A stretch of 64,000 nucleotides of DNA. It comes from Blastocladiella emersonii ATCC 22665. Lineage: Eukaryota > Fungi > Blastocladiomycota. Below, in pieces: positions 44,255 through 56,000 of the stretch. The notes under the pieces were generated by a model. It saw nothing but the letters and a program-made list of their open reading frames with translations. It had not been told where the DNA came from and made no database searches. Where the stretch lies: NCBI GenBank assembly GCA_025594325.1, contig JANHCV010000006.1, forward strand, positions 1,957,496-2,021,495, read 5' to 3'. How positions within the stretch are numbered: the first letter of the stretch is position 1; each line of letters begins with the position of its first letter. The position numbers were made by a program, and so were the translations under genes.

Positions 44255-45878
44255 CTCGGGCTGAGCGACACCGTGCCGCGCCTGCGCCGCATCTCCGAGA
44301 TCCACCGCCGGAAAAAGGAGCGGTCCGGGTCCATCTCGTCCATTGCCTCGCTGCTGCCCGCCGCCATGGAGGTCACGGACGCCGACCCGATCGCCAACGT
44401 GGTCCTGCCCGCCATACTGCCCGAGCCGACCCACCTGCCGCTGCGCAACTCGTGGAACTTTGATGTGTGGTCCTACACCCACGCCGAGCTCCTCGTCTTC
44501 CTCGTCGACATGTTCGCCGACCTCGGCCTGCTGCACACGTTCCGCATCGAACCCGACACCTTCCTCGAGTTCCTCAAGTCGGTCGAGCCCGGCTACAAGC
44601 TCAACCCCTACCACAACTTCCGCCATGCCTTTGACATGACCCAGGCCGGCTACCTGTTCCTCCGCACCTGCTGCGCCTGCGAGTCGGACGAGAGCTACAC
44701 TCCGCCGTCCACGGGCACCAACAAGTTTGACGCCGACTTTTCCGGCGCCGCTGTCCCGCACACGCCCACGTCCCATCGGCTACTTGATGGCCGCCGCCCT
44801 CAACGCCGCGGTCGCCGCCCAGCAGGCCAGCACCTCGGCGCCCGCCGCGTCCTCGTCGCCGCCGCGCAAGATCCCGCGCCTCATGTTCACGCTGCAGGAG
44901 CAGCTCGCCTTCATGCTCGCGTGCGTGTGCCACGACCTCGAGCACGACGGCAAGACCAACAACTTCCACATCGTGACGCAGTCGGACCTCGCCGTGCTCT
45001 ACAACGACCAGTCGCCGCTCGAGAACCGCCACATGCACGAGGCGTCGCGGCTCATCGCCAAGCACGCGCTCCTCGCGCAGCAGACGCGCACGGTCCAGGC
45101 CGAGATCCGCCAGCTCATGGTGCGGTCGATCCTGTCGACGGACCTCGCCAAGCACGTCGACATCCTGGCCAAGTTCAACGAGATCTGCCCGGCGTTCGAC
45201 GCCACGGACCGCGAGCACCGCGCCCGGTCGCTCGAGATGCTCATCAAGTGCGCCGACGTGTCGAACGTGATCCGGCCGCTGCACCTCGCCAAGGGCTGGT
45301 CCGACTGCATCCAGGAGGAGATGTTCCAGCAGGGCGACGTGGAGCGCGAGCAGGGGCTGCCCGTGTCCGGGTTCGGCGACCGCCTCGCGCCCCAGTCGGC
45401 GCGCCTCGGCATGTCCTTCTCCGAGTACATGTGCGCGCCCCTGTTCCGCACCATGGGCAAGGCCATTCCGCGCATGGAGGCGTACCTCAAGAACATTGCC
45501 GTCACGCGCGACTACTGGGTCGGCGTCCTCGCTGAGACCGAGACCGACACGGAGGAGGGCACCACCACCACCGGTTCGTCGTCCGTCACGCCGTCGTCGT
45601 CCGAGGGCGGCTCAGCACCCGCCTCGCGCCGACCGTCCGAAGCTCTCGCGGACGACTCGGTCATTGGGCTCGGACCGACGAGCCGGCGCCGGTCGTCCAG
45701 CAAGTCGGTCACGTCCGCCACGTCGTCCAACGGCAGCACCAGCGAAAACGCGCCCGCGGGCACGACACCGTCACCGCCGCCGCCAGTCCAGGAGGAGGAG
45801 AACGCGGATTCGTCGCGGGCCGACGCCGCCGCCGCCTCTGACCCAGCAGCACTCCGCGGTGACGCCGCAGCGCCATGA
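44255..45878 (+). CDS. Class I cyclic-nucleotide phosphodiesterase (PDEase_I), split across two reading frames
   Basis: Frame A: WNFDVW..NPYHNFRHAFDMTQ. Frame B from about 44775: CHDLEHDGKTNNF, LYNDQSPLENRH, ILSTDL, LIKCADVSNVIRP, EEMFQQGDVE. The 5' end is unresolved; ATG 44366 has a GCCGCCATGG context but coding-like sequence extends upstream. Confidence 0.85.
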
Positions 45879-47284
45879 CGGCCGCTGGTCGTCGGCCTGT
45901 CGCCTCGCGATGAGAGCGGGTTTGTGTGATTTCCCCATCGCTTTCGCGTCCAATAGATATCTTTACACTTGACATGATGAGCAACGACGTTCATTTCTTC
46001 AAGCGCCTCGACGATGAGGGGACAGTCGGCACGCTCGCCATCCAAGAGCTAGCTCGTTGCGTTTGTTTCATGTTCCTGTCCGGCGTGCGGCCAACCTGTC
46101 GTCGCCCGCGACGGCGCGCGCGCGCAAGCGCGGCATGACGACCAACGCCGAGCTGGTTGACGAGAACAAGATCCACCCGAATCGCGCCCTGCGGTCGGCC
46201 GACGTCATGTGCGCGCAGCATCACCACCAAGAAGCGGGCGGGTCCGCGAGGGCGAGACGCTGTCAGTGCTGTTTGGCGTCGACCCGTTGTTGCGCGCGCG
46301 CGCGCGAACAAGGACATGCGTTCCGAGGTGGACGGCGATGCGGCCGGCACCAAGCATCGCGGCTTGGGGGCGCCACCAAGTACACGAGATTCGCGCCGAG
46401 CCGCGCTGAAAGGGTTCCCGATGTGGCTGGCACACGTTCCAGAGACCTGGCCTGACGCGACGACGGTAGCATGAAGTAGAAGCGGGGCCGGCTGCCAGGA
46501 TGAGCCAAGGCCACGACACGCAGCGGCGCTCGAGGGCAGCGACGCGCTCGCCGGGCGGCGGAGAGCGTGTTTGGATTCAGCAAGGTTGAGCAGGGACGGC
46601 GACGGGTTGATAGCGCGCACCTGAGAGCGAGAGCAAGCGCGAGGCTTCAGCCAGACGGCAAAGCAGTAGCGAGCGGTCGAAGAACACGGTGGCGCAAGAC
46701 GTGAAGGCTGGACGGAGCACGGAACGCCGCCGTCGGCGAGGCCATGCAGCGACGCGGCGCCCGCCGTCAGGCTCGCGAGCGACCGAGCCAAGCGTGTTGC
46801 TGCTGGCACTGCTTCGGGCGGCAACAATCCAAGGGGCGACGGCTTACGGCGGGTGTACAGCTAGCGTGCACCACCGGCACACGCGGGGCTGCGGCTGCGG
46901 CTGCGGCAGCGGACAGGCGTCGGTCGTAGGCGCGTGCCACCGACCGCAGCCGCTCCAGCACGTCGACGGCCGCAGCGAGCGAGCGAGCGCGGACATCATA
47001 CCGCCCATGCTGCAGTCCGACACTGTATGAGAGAAAGTGCAGGGCGCGGTCGGCGAGAGGCGATGCGCGCGGGGACACGATGGCGAGTCGTTCGAGGGGT
47101 GGTGGCGCGCTCGCCGGCGGCAACAAGCGTCTGATTCATGCACGGGTCACGGGCGTATGGTGCCGCCGCGGCATGTGCGACGTGTTGATGCAGTATACAG
47201 GGATGCGTTTCATGGAGTGGTGAGGTAATATAGCGGGTCATGATCAGGAGGGAGAGCGAGGACCGCGCGTGGCGACGAGGCGCC

Positions 47285-47291
47285 CTTTATA
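47285..47291 (-). promoter_or_regulatory. TATA box candidate with no clearly intact downstream gene
   Basis: TATAAAG on the minus strand, the same core as the 22003-22009 box, about 45 bp upstream of an ATG at 47241. Confidence 0.35.
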
Positions 47292-48920
47292 CTCCTCCGC
47301 CCGCGCCCCCGCTGCCTGCCACGCGGCGGCCACCGCCACCGACAAGGACTCTGGCGCTCTGACGCAAGCAGCGAGCAGCGAGCACGAGCAGGATACGGCG
47401 GAGTCCGAAGCCGAACCACCGCCGCGGCGGCCTCGGCTGCGGGCGACTGGAGCTCGCCGTGTCGTGGGAGATCGGGTCAGCGGTGCGGCGGCTGGGCCCG
47501 TGCGCAGGTCACACCCGACTTACTTGACGACGACGACAACGACAACGAACCAGCCGCGTACGCATCTCGGGCCAAAGGGTCGACCACATGGTAAGGTCGA
47601 TCGCGCACGCGACGCCAGTGGCGCGTCGCTCGAGGACCAATCGGCATCGGGGATAGAGGGCGAAGGGACGCGCTGCGCTGCGCTGCACTACACTGCCGAA
47701 ATAGGGTGGCGCAACGGGAGGGGGCTGCTGCTTCCACATGCAAGCGTGAGACCTGCGCGCGCGCGTGTGATAACAGCAAGGAAACCAAAGTAGCAAGGGT
47801 GGCGGCGATGGTGCGCCGCGGCAGCAGGTGCGTTCCGCGTCGGAGAGCGAGCCGCCGCTGCCCCACCGCCCAGAACAGGCGCGGCCGCTCTGGGATTCGG
47901 GATGGGATCGAGAGCAGAGCGGAGGGAGCGCGACGCGAGGTCAACAACGACGACAAGCCGGACGAACACCATCAAGTCACCCAACCCACCGTGTTGCTTG
48001 CTCGTGGGCCGGGTCGGCCTACGCCCGCCGCCGCACCGACCACTCGCCCGTCCAGTTTGAGCACCATCTCGAGTTTGGCGGCAGGTCCGAGTACCTTGCT
48101 CGCTGCGCAGCGAGATCCCACAGCGAGGCAGCGAGCGAAGGCGGCTCTCACGGAGGCCAGGAGCAGCGGCGCGAGCAGCGCAGGTGGGGCGGGTGGGACC
48201 TGCGCGGGCGCGCGGAAACCAGACGACAAGCACACGCGCGCGAGCGAGCGAGCGAGCGAGCGAGAAGGGAGGCGAGTCCATTCGAGACACGACGAGAGAG
48301 CGCCGCGCCGCGCCGCGCCGGTCAAAGGTTGAGGGTGGGGGTGGGTGCTGGCGGCGGGGGCCGCCAGCACACGATTTTTCGATCATACCCTTCACTTGAG
48401 GGCAGCAGTAGCAGCGTAGGGGCGCAATGCAGCAAGACGGATCACCCAAAACCCTCAAACGCAGCTGCCGCCGCTGGATCAAGTCTAGACGGGAGGAGTC
48501 GAGTTGCCTCCGTGGCGAGAAGGGCGGCGGTCCGAGTCTGCGTTCCAGACGCCAGGATCGCATCCATTCGAGGCACAGATGCATGTTGCAGCGGGTCATA
48601 TATTCCATGAGATGTCATTGCGGGTTTGGTGAAGTCTCGACTTTGGGGATGAGTGAGCGGTCGCGATCGCCGCGCGAGCAAGCGAAAAAAGCTCGGGCAT
48701 CAGGTGACAATTGCCTGACCGCTGCGAGACGCGTTTCGAGACGCGCTTTTGGCGCTCTGCCTCGGGAGACGGGCAGACGACGCACAACTGCCTCCCAACA
48801 CCACACGCTTGATTGAGCCCATGCCGCGTCGCGCGGTGGGTGCATCACGTTCACATCGCAGAGTACGCACACGCGCGGGGGCCCAGAAGGCACTTGGGCA
48901 AAGTTGTTTTATGTATCGTC

Positions 48921-48995
48921 GGGGAGTAGTGAGCCAAAGCAGTCAGGTCTCTCTAGTTCCGGGCTGGCGAGCAGGGTTCGAGTCCCTGTCGCATC
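48921..48995 (+). ncRNA. tRNA-like / Pol III type-2 promoter-like element within each array unit (not a canonical tRNA)
   Basis: Perfect T-arm CAGGG-TTCGAGT-CCCTG (48972-48988) with B-box GGTTCGAGTCC and a weak A-box-like segment about 45 nt upstream. The acceptor and anticodon stems do not pair. Repeated at +2745 intervals. Confidence 0.35.
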
Positions 48996-49835
48996 TCGTC
49001 CAGTCCGCGTCATAGTATTGTAAAGGAGCCAGAGTTGCTCTGGCTGCGATGGTTCGCTACTCCAGTGGAGCAGTTGAGGCTTGGGCCGCGTACGGTGCAT
49101 GTCCTGCGGCAGACACACACGTATCATGATTGGGCGCCTAGCGTAAGATCCCGTGGCCAGGTGGTCATCTTAGACTCAACCCGCAATCGTGGCGAATCCA
49201 CGGGATAGAGGTGGAACAGATCCGGCTCAGTGGCAGTGAGCACGGTGAACACAGCAGCTCCCAGCCCCAAGCGGCTGCTCCCTCCCTTTTGCACCATACA
49301 AGAAAGTTGCGTTTACCTAAAGTACATGAAGGCGTGCACCGTACCTGCGTTTTGAGCCACTGTTACGCCGGATCAGATCAAGAACAGTGGGTCGTCGCTG
49401 TTTGCTGAACCTTCCTGAAGCTAGCTCAAGCCGTGTCCAGCGGGCGTATCTCAGAAATTTCACGTAGAACGTGTGCATGTCATGGCTAGCAAAGTTGCTT
49501 AGCTTGCGTACGGCTCTAGTTTGCCGCACCTCAAACGCTGCACAACCCAAGTGTGGCGGCTCCAAGGTGACTCTGACCAAGGACCAAACTTGAACGCTGC
49601 TGCAGCCGTATTACACACGTGCTTCTTGCCAATTGCCTGACGCTAGGTTGTAGATCTTTCAAAGATCTATCAAAGAGTATAACGAAGGTTGGGGGTGACT
49701 TGAGTCACATAAGGGAGCAATGGGCAGCAAACGTGTCTCGCGCTTGAGTCGACCGCACAAGGGCGAAACGATCAGATTGGACGTGGACACCTTCAGAAAC
49801 CTTTGAGTAGACTATTCCATCTGCAGAATGCCGCT

Positions 49836-50035
49836 GAGAACGCGCGCATAAGTCAAAGGGTGATTCCAAACGGGCGTTGTCAACCTCATCGAGTTGTGTC
49901 CAAACCGACCCCACGAGGCCAAGAAGACCAGATTGAGCATGCTCACCTTGACCAACTATGTTCGTTCAGCTATCAGCTGCAGATTGCTGTCGAGAACACG
50001 CGCCTAGGTCAAAGGGTGATTCCAAACGGGCGTTG
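49836..50035 (+). repeat. 44-nt direct repeat pair inside each array unit, 156 nt apart
   Basis: 49836-49879 and 49992-50035 match at 41/44 positions, with an identical 28-nt core GTCAAAGGGTGATTCCAAACGGGCGTTG. Confidence 0.92.
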
Positions 50036-53000
50036 ACGCGCAAAGTCCCTCGCCGCAACCCTCTTGCTGCGGCGAGGTCGCGCGCAACTCCACCTTGCCT
50101 GCCAACACGTCAAAGCTCAATCACCACCGTTGATCCGTCCAGCAGGCGGCGTTATGGAGTCTGTAGCAAAGAGTAACGTGCACGCAAGCAGCACCTTTGA
50201 GCAGCGCTGTAGAGGGGAAGTAAGCAAACTTTGAGCGCTCAATGCTGCCCACGAGATGGAGCGCAATCTTTCCCAGCTGTGTCTCATTGCACGCAAGGTG
50301 AGCAGCAGTGGCTCGTCAAGCAGGCAAGGAACAGGACAGAGTAGGGAAGGCGTGAGGGAGCCGATCTGAAGCTAAGCGTGTTCCGGAGCACCCTGCTGAG
50401 TCGAACGCGTGCTCAGCACGGCGCGCGTGCAGGCAGGCAGCCGCAGTAGCAAGTAGCGACAGGCGGGGGCTGCTGCTTCCACATGCAAGCGTGAGACCTG
50501 CGCGCGCGCGTGTGATAACAGCAAGGAAACCAAAGTAGCAAGGGTGGCGGCGATGGTGCGCCGCGGCAGCAGGTGCGTTCCGCGTCGGAGAGCGAGCCGC
50601 CGCTGCCCCACCGCCCAGAACAGGCGCGGCCGCTCTGGGATTCGGGATGGGATCGAGAGCAGAGCGGAGGGAGCGCGACGCGAGGTCAACAACGACGACA
50701 AGCCGGACGAACACCATCAAGTCACCCAACCCACCGTGTTGCTTGCTCGTGGGCCGGGTCGGCCTACGCCCGCCGCCGCACCGACCACTCGCCCGTCCAG
50801 TTTGAGCACCATCTCGAGTTTGGCGGCAGGTCCGAGTACCTTGCTCGCTGCGCAGCGAGATCCCACAGCGAGGCAGCGAGCGAAGGCGGCTCTCACGGAG
50901 GCCAGGAGCAGCGGCGCGAGCAGCGCAGGTGGGGCGGGTGGGACCTGCGCGGGCGCGCGGAAACCAGACGACAAGCACACGCGCGCGAGCGAGCGAGCGA
51001 GCGAGCGAGAAGGGAGGCGAGTCCATTCGAGACACGACGAGAGAGCGCCGCGCCGCGCCGCGCCGGTCAAAGGTTGAGGGTGGGGGTGGGTGCTGGCGGC
51101 GGGGGCCGCCAGCACACGATTTTTCGATCATACCCTTCACTTGAGGGCAGCAGTAGCAGCGTAGGGGCGCAATGCAGCAAGACGGATCACCCAAAACCCT
51201 CAAACGCAGCTGCCGCCGCTGGATCAAGTCTAGACGGGAGGAGTCGAGTTGCCTCCGTGGCGAGAAGGGCGGCGGTCCGAGTCTGCGTTCCAGACGCCAG
51301 GATCGCATCCATTCGAGGCACAGATGCATGTTGCAGCGGGTCATATATTCCATGAGATGTCATTGCGGGTTTGGTGAAGTCTCGACTTTGGGGATGAGTG
51401 AGCGGTCGCGATCGCCGCGCGAGCAAGCGAAAAAAGCTCGGGCATCAGGTGACAATTGCCTGACCGCTGCGAGACGCGTTTCGAGACGCGCTTTTGGCGC
51501 TCTGCCTCGGGAGACGGGCAGACGACGCACAACTGCCTCCCAACACCACACGCTTGATTGAGCCCATGCCGCGTCGCGCGGTGGGTGCATCACGTTCACA
51601 TCGCAGAGTACGCACACGCGCGGGGGCCCAGAAGGCACTTGGGCAAAGTTGTTTTATGTATCGTCGGGGAGTAGTGAGCCAAAGCAGTCAGGTCTCTCTA
51701 GTTCCGGGCTGGCGAGCAGGGTTCGAGTCCCTGTCGCATCTCGTCCAGTCCGCGTCATAGTATTGTAAAGGAGCCAGAGTTGCTCTGGCTGCGATGGTTC
51801 GCTACTCCAGTGGAGCAGTTGAGGCTTGGGCCGCGTACGGTGCATGTCCTGCGGCAGACACACACGTATCATGATTGGGCGCCTAGCGTAAGATCCCGTG
51901 GCCAGGTGGTCATCTTAGACTCAACCCGCAATCGTGGCGAATCCACGGGATAGAGGTGGAACAGATCCGGCTCAGTGGCAGTGAGCACGGTGAACACAGC
52001 AGCTCCCAGCCCCAAGCGGCTGCTCCCTCCCTTTTGCACCATACAAGAAAGTTGCGTTTACCTAAAGTACATGAAGGCGTGCACCGTACCTGCGTTTTGA
52101 GCCACTGTTACGCCGGATCAGATCAAGAACAGTGGGTCGTCGCTGTTTGCTGAACCTTCCTGAAGCTAGCTCAAGCCGTGTCCAGCGGGCGTATCTCAGA
52201 AATTTCACGTAGAACGTGTGCATGTCATGGCTAGCAAAGTTGCTTAGCTTGCGTACGGCTCTAGTTTGCCGCACCTCAAACGCTGCACAACCCAAGTGTG
52301 GCGGCTCCAAGGTGACTCTGACCAAGGACCAAACTTGAACGCTGCTGCAGCCGTATTACACACGTGCTTCTTGCCAATTGCCTGACGCTAGGTTGTAGAT
52401 CTTTCAAAGATCTATCAAAGAGTATAACGAAGGTTGGGGGTGACTTGAGTCACATAAGGGAGCAATGGGCAGCAAACGTGTCTCGCGCTTGAGTCGACCG
52501 CACAAGGGCGAAACGATCAGATTGGACGTGGACACCTTCAGAAACCTTTGAGTAGACTATTCCATCTGCAGAATGCCGCTGAGAACGCGCGCATAAGTCA
52601 AAGGGTGATTCCAAACGGGCGTTGTCAACCTCATCGAGTTGTGTCCAAACCGACCCCACGAGGCCAAGAAGACCAGATTGAGCATGCTCACCTTGACCAA
52701 CTATGTTCGTTCAGCTATCAGCTGCAGATTGCTGTCGAGAACACGCGCCTAGGTCAAAGGGTGATTCCAAACGGGCGTTGACGCGCAAAGTCCCTCGCCG
52801 CAACCCTCTTGCTGCGGCGAGGTCGCGCGCAACTCCACCTTGCCTGCCAACACGTCAAAGCTCAATCACCACCGTTGATCCGTCCAGCAGGCGGCGTTAT
52901 GGAGTCTGTAGCAAAGAGTAACGTGCACGCAAGCAGCACCTTTGAGCAGCGCTGTAGAGGGGAAGTAAGCAAACTTTGAGCGCTCAATGCTGCCCACGAG

Positions 53001-56000
53001 ATGGAGCGCAATCTTTCCCAACTGTGTCTCATTGCACGCAAGGTGAGCAGCAGTGGCTCGTCAAGCAGGCAAGGAACAGGACAGAGTAGGGAAGGCGTGA
53101 GGGAGCCGATCTGAAGCTAAGCGTGTTCCGGAGCACCCTGCTGAGTCGAACGCGTGCTCAGCACGGCGCGCGTGCAGGCAGGCAGCCGCAGTAGCAAGTA
53201 GCGACAGGCGGGGGCTGCTGCTTCCACATGCAAGCGTGAGACCTGCGCGCGCGCGTGTGATAACAGCAAGGAAACCAAAGTAGCAAGGGTGGCGGCGATG
53301 GTGCGCCGCGGCAGCAGGTGCGTTCCGCGTCGGAGAGCGAGCCGCCGCTGCCCCACCGCCCAGAACAGGCGCGGCCGCTCTGGGATTCGGGATGGGATCG
53401 AGAGCAGAGCGGAGGGAGCGCGACGCGAGGTCAACAACGACGACAAGCCGGACGAACACCATCAAGTCACCCAACCCACCGTGTTGCTTGCTCGTGGGCC
53501 GGGTCGGCCTACGCCCGCCGCCGCACCGACCACTCGCCCGTCCAGTTTGAGCACCATCTCGAGTTTGGCGGCAGGTCCGAGTACCTTGCTCGCTGCGCAG
53601 CGAGATCCCACAGCGAGGCAGCGAGCGAAGGCGGCTCTCACGGAGGCCAGGAGCAGCGGCGCGAGCAGCGCAGGTGGGGCGGGTGGGACCTGCGCGGGCG
53701 CGCGGAAACCAGACGACAAGCACACGCGCGCGAGCGAGCGAGCGAGCGAGCGAGAAGGGAGGCGAGTCCATTCGAGACACGACGAGAGAGCGCCGCGCCG
53801 CGCCGCGCCGGTCAAAGGTTGAGGGTGGGGGTGGGTGCTGGCGGCGGGGGCCGCCAGCACACGATTTTTCGATCATACCCTTCACTTGAGGGCAGCAGTA
53901 GCAGCGTAGGGGCGCAATGCAGCAAGACGGATCACCCAAAACCCTCAAACGCAGCTGCCGCCGCTGGATCAAGTCTAGACGGGAGGAGTCGAGTTGCCTC
54001 CGTGGCGAGAAGGGCGGCGGTCCGAGTCTGCGTTCCAGACGCCAGGATCGCATCCATTCGAGGCACAGATGCATGTTGCAGCGGGTCATATATTCCATGA
54101 GATGTCATTGCGGGTTTGGTGAAGTCTCGACTTTGGGGATGAGTGAGCGGTCGCGATCGCCGCGCGAGCAAGCGAAAAAAGCTCGGGCATCAGGTGACAA
54201 TTGCCTGACCGCTGCGAGACGCGTTTCGAGACGCGCTTTTGGCGCTCTGCCTCGGGAGACGGGCAGACGACGCACAACTGCCTCCCAACACCACACGCTT
54301 GATTGAGCCCATGCCGCGTCGCGCGGTGGGTGCATCACGTTCACATCGCAGAGTACGCACACGCGCGGGGGCCCAGAAGGCACTTGGGCAAAGTTGTTTT
54401 ATGTATCGTCGGGGAGTAGTGAGCCAAAGCAGTCAGGTCTCTCTAGTTCCGGGCTGGCGAGCAGGGTTCGAGTCCCTGTCGCATCTCGTCCAGTCCGCGT
54501 CATAGTATTGTAAAGGAGCCAGAGTTGCTCTGGCTGCGATGGTTCGCTACTCCAGTGGAGCAGTTGAGGCTTGGGCCGCGTACGGTGCATGTCCTGCGGC
54601 AGACACACACGTATCATGATTGGGCGCCTAGCGTAAGATCCCGTGGCCAGGTGGTCATCTTAGACTCAACCCGCAATCGTGGCGAATCCACGGGATAGAG
54701 GTGGAACAGATCCGGCTCAGTGGCAGTGAGCACGGTGAACACAGCAGCTCCCAGCCCCAAGCGGCTGCTCCCTCCCTTTTGCACCATACAAGAAAGTTGC
54801 GTTTACCTAAAGTACATGAAGGCGTGCACCGTACCTGCGTTTTGAGCCACTGTTACGCCGGATCAGATCAAGAACAGTGGGTCGTCGCTGTTTGCTGAAC
54901 CTTCCTGAAGCTAGCTCAAGCCGTGTCCAGCGGGCGTATCTCAGAAATTTCACGTAGAACGTGTGCATGTCATGGCTAGCAAAGTTGCTTAGCTTGCGTA
55001 CGGCTCTAGTTTGCCGCACCTCAAACGCTGCACAACCCAAGTGTGGCGGCTCCAAGGTGACTCTGACCAAGGACCAAACTTGAACGCTGCTGCAGCCGTA
55101 TTACACACGTGCTTCTTGCCAATTGCCTGACGCTAGGTTGTAGATCTTTCAAAGATCTATCAAAGAGTATAACGAAGGTTGGGGGTGACTTGAGTCACAT
55201 AAGGGAGCAATGGGCAGCAAACGTGTCTCGCGCTTGAGTCGACCGCACAAGGGCGAAACGATCAGATTGGACGTGGACACCTTCAGAAACCTTTGAGTAG
55301 ACTATTCCATCTGCAGAATGCCGCTGAGAACGCGCGCATAAGTCAAAGGGTGATTCCAAACGGGCGTTGTCAACCTCATCGAGTTGTGTCCAAACCGACC
55401 CCACGAGGCCAAGAAGACCAGATTGAGCATGCTCACCTTGACCAACTATGTTCGTTCAGCTATCAGCTGCAGATTGCTGTCGAGAACACGCGCCTAGGTC
55501 AAAGGGTGATTCCAAACGGGCGTTGACGCGCAAAGTCCCTCGCCGCAACCCTCTTGCTGCGGCGAGGTCGCGCGCAACTCCACCTTGCCTGCCAACACGT
55601 CAAAGCTCAATCACCACCGTTGATCCGTCCAGCAGGCGGCGTTATGGAGTCTGTAGCAAAGAGTAACGTGCACGCAAGCAGCACCTTTGAGCAGCGCTGT
55701 AGAGGGGAAGTAAGCAAACTTTGAGCGCTCAATGCTGCCCACGAGATGGAGCGCAATCTTTCCCAACTGTGTCTCATTGCACGCAAGGTGAGCAGCAGTG
55801 GCTCGTCAAGCAGGCAAGGAACAGGACAGAGTAGGGAAGGCGTGAGGGAGCCGATCTGAAGCTAAGCGTGTTCCGGAGCACCCTGCTGAGTCGAACGCGT
55901 GCTCAGCACGGCGCGCGTGCAGGCAGGCAGCCGCAGTAGCAAGTAGCGACAGGCGGGGGCTGCTGCTTCCACATGCAAGCGTGAGACCTGCGCGCGCGCG

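Noticed and set aside
46135-46236. RPB9-like zinc-ribbon remnant (RALRSADVMCAQHHHQEA)
   Set aside because: The CxxC pair is incomplete, the downstream FFQ/YYVC motif and the N-terminal ribbon are absent, and the similarity is too short.
48236-48320. (GAGC)n and (GCGCC)n microsatellites in the array unit
   Set aside because: Ordinary short simple repeats; not telomeric and no TTAGGG-type tract was seen.
49148-49206. HDV-like ribozyme suggested by GGCGAAT followed by a pairing strand
   Set aside because: No P1/P3/L3 nested pseudoknot could be built, and no hammerhead CTGATGA/GAAA core was found in the unit.
49836-50035. CRISPR-like repeat-spacer-repeat
   Set aside because: Only two repeats per unit, a 112-nt spacer identical in all copies, no cas genes, and a eukaryotic context.
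50359-50378. 5S rRNA-like snippet CCGATCTGAAGCTAAGC (also CGATCATACC near 48380)
   Set aside because: Short isolated matches; the flanks do not follow 5S sequence or helices. An Infernal RF00001 search would settle it.
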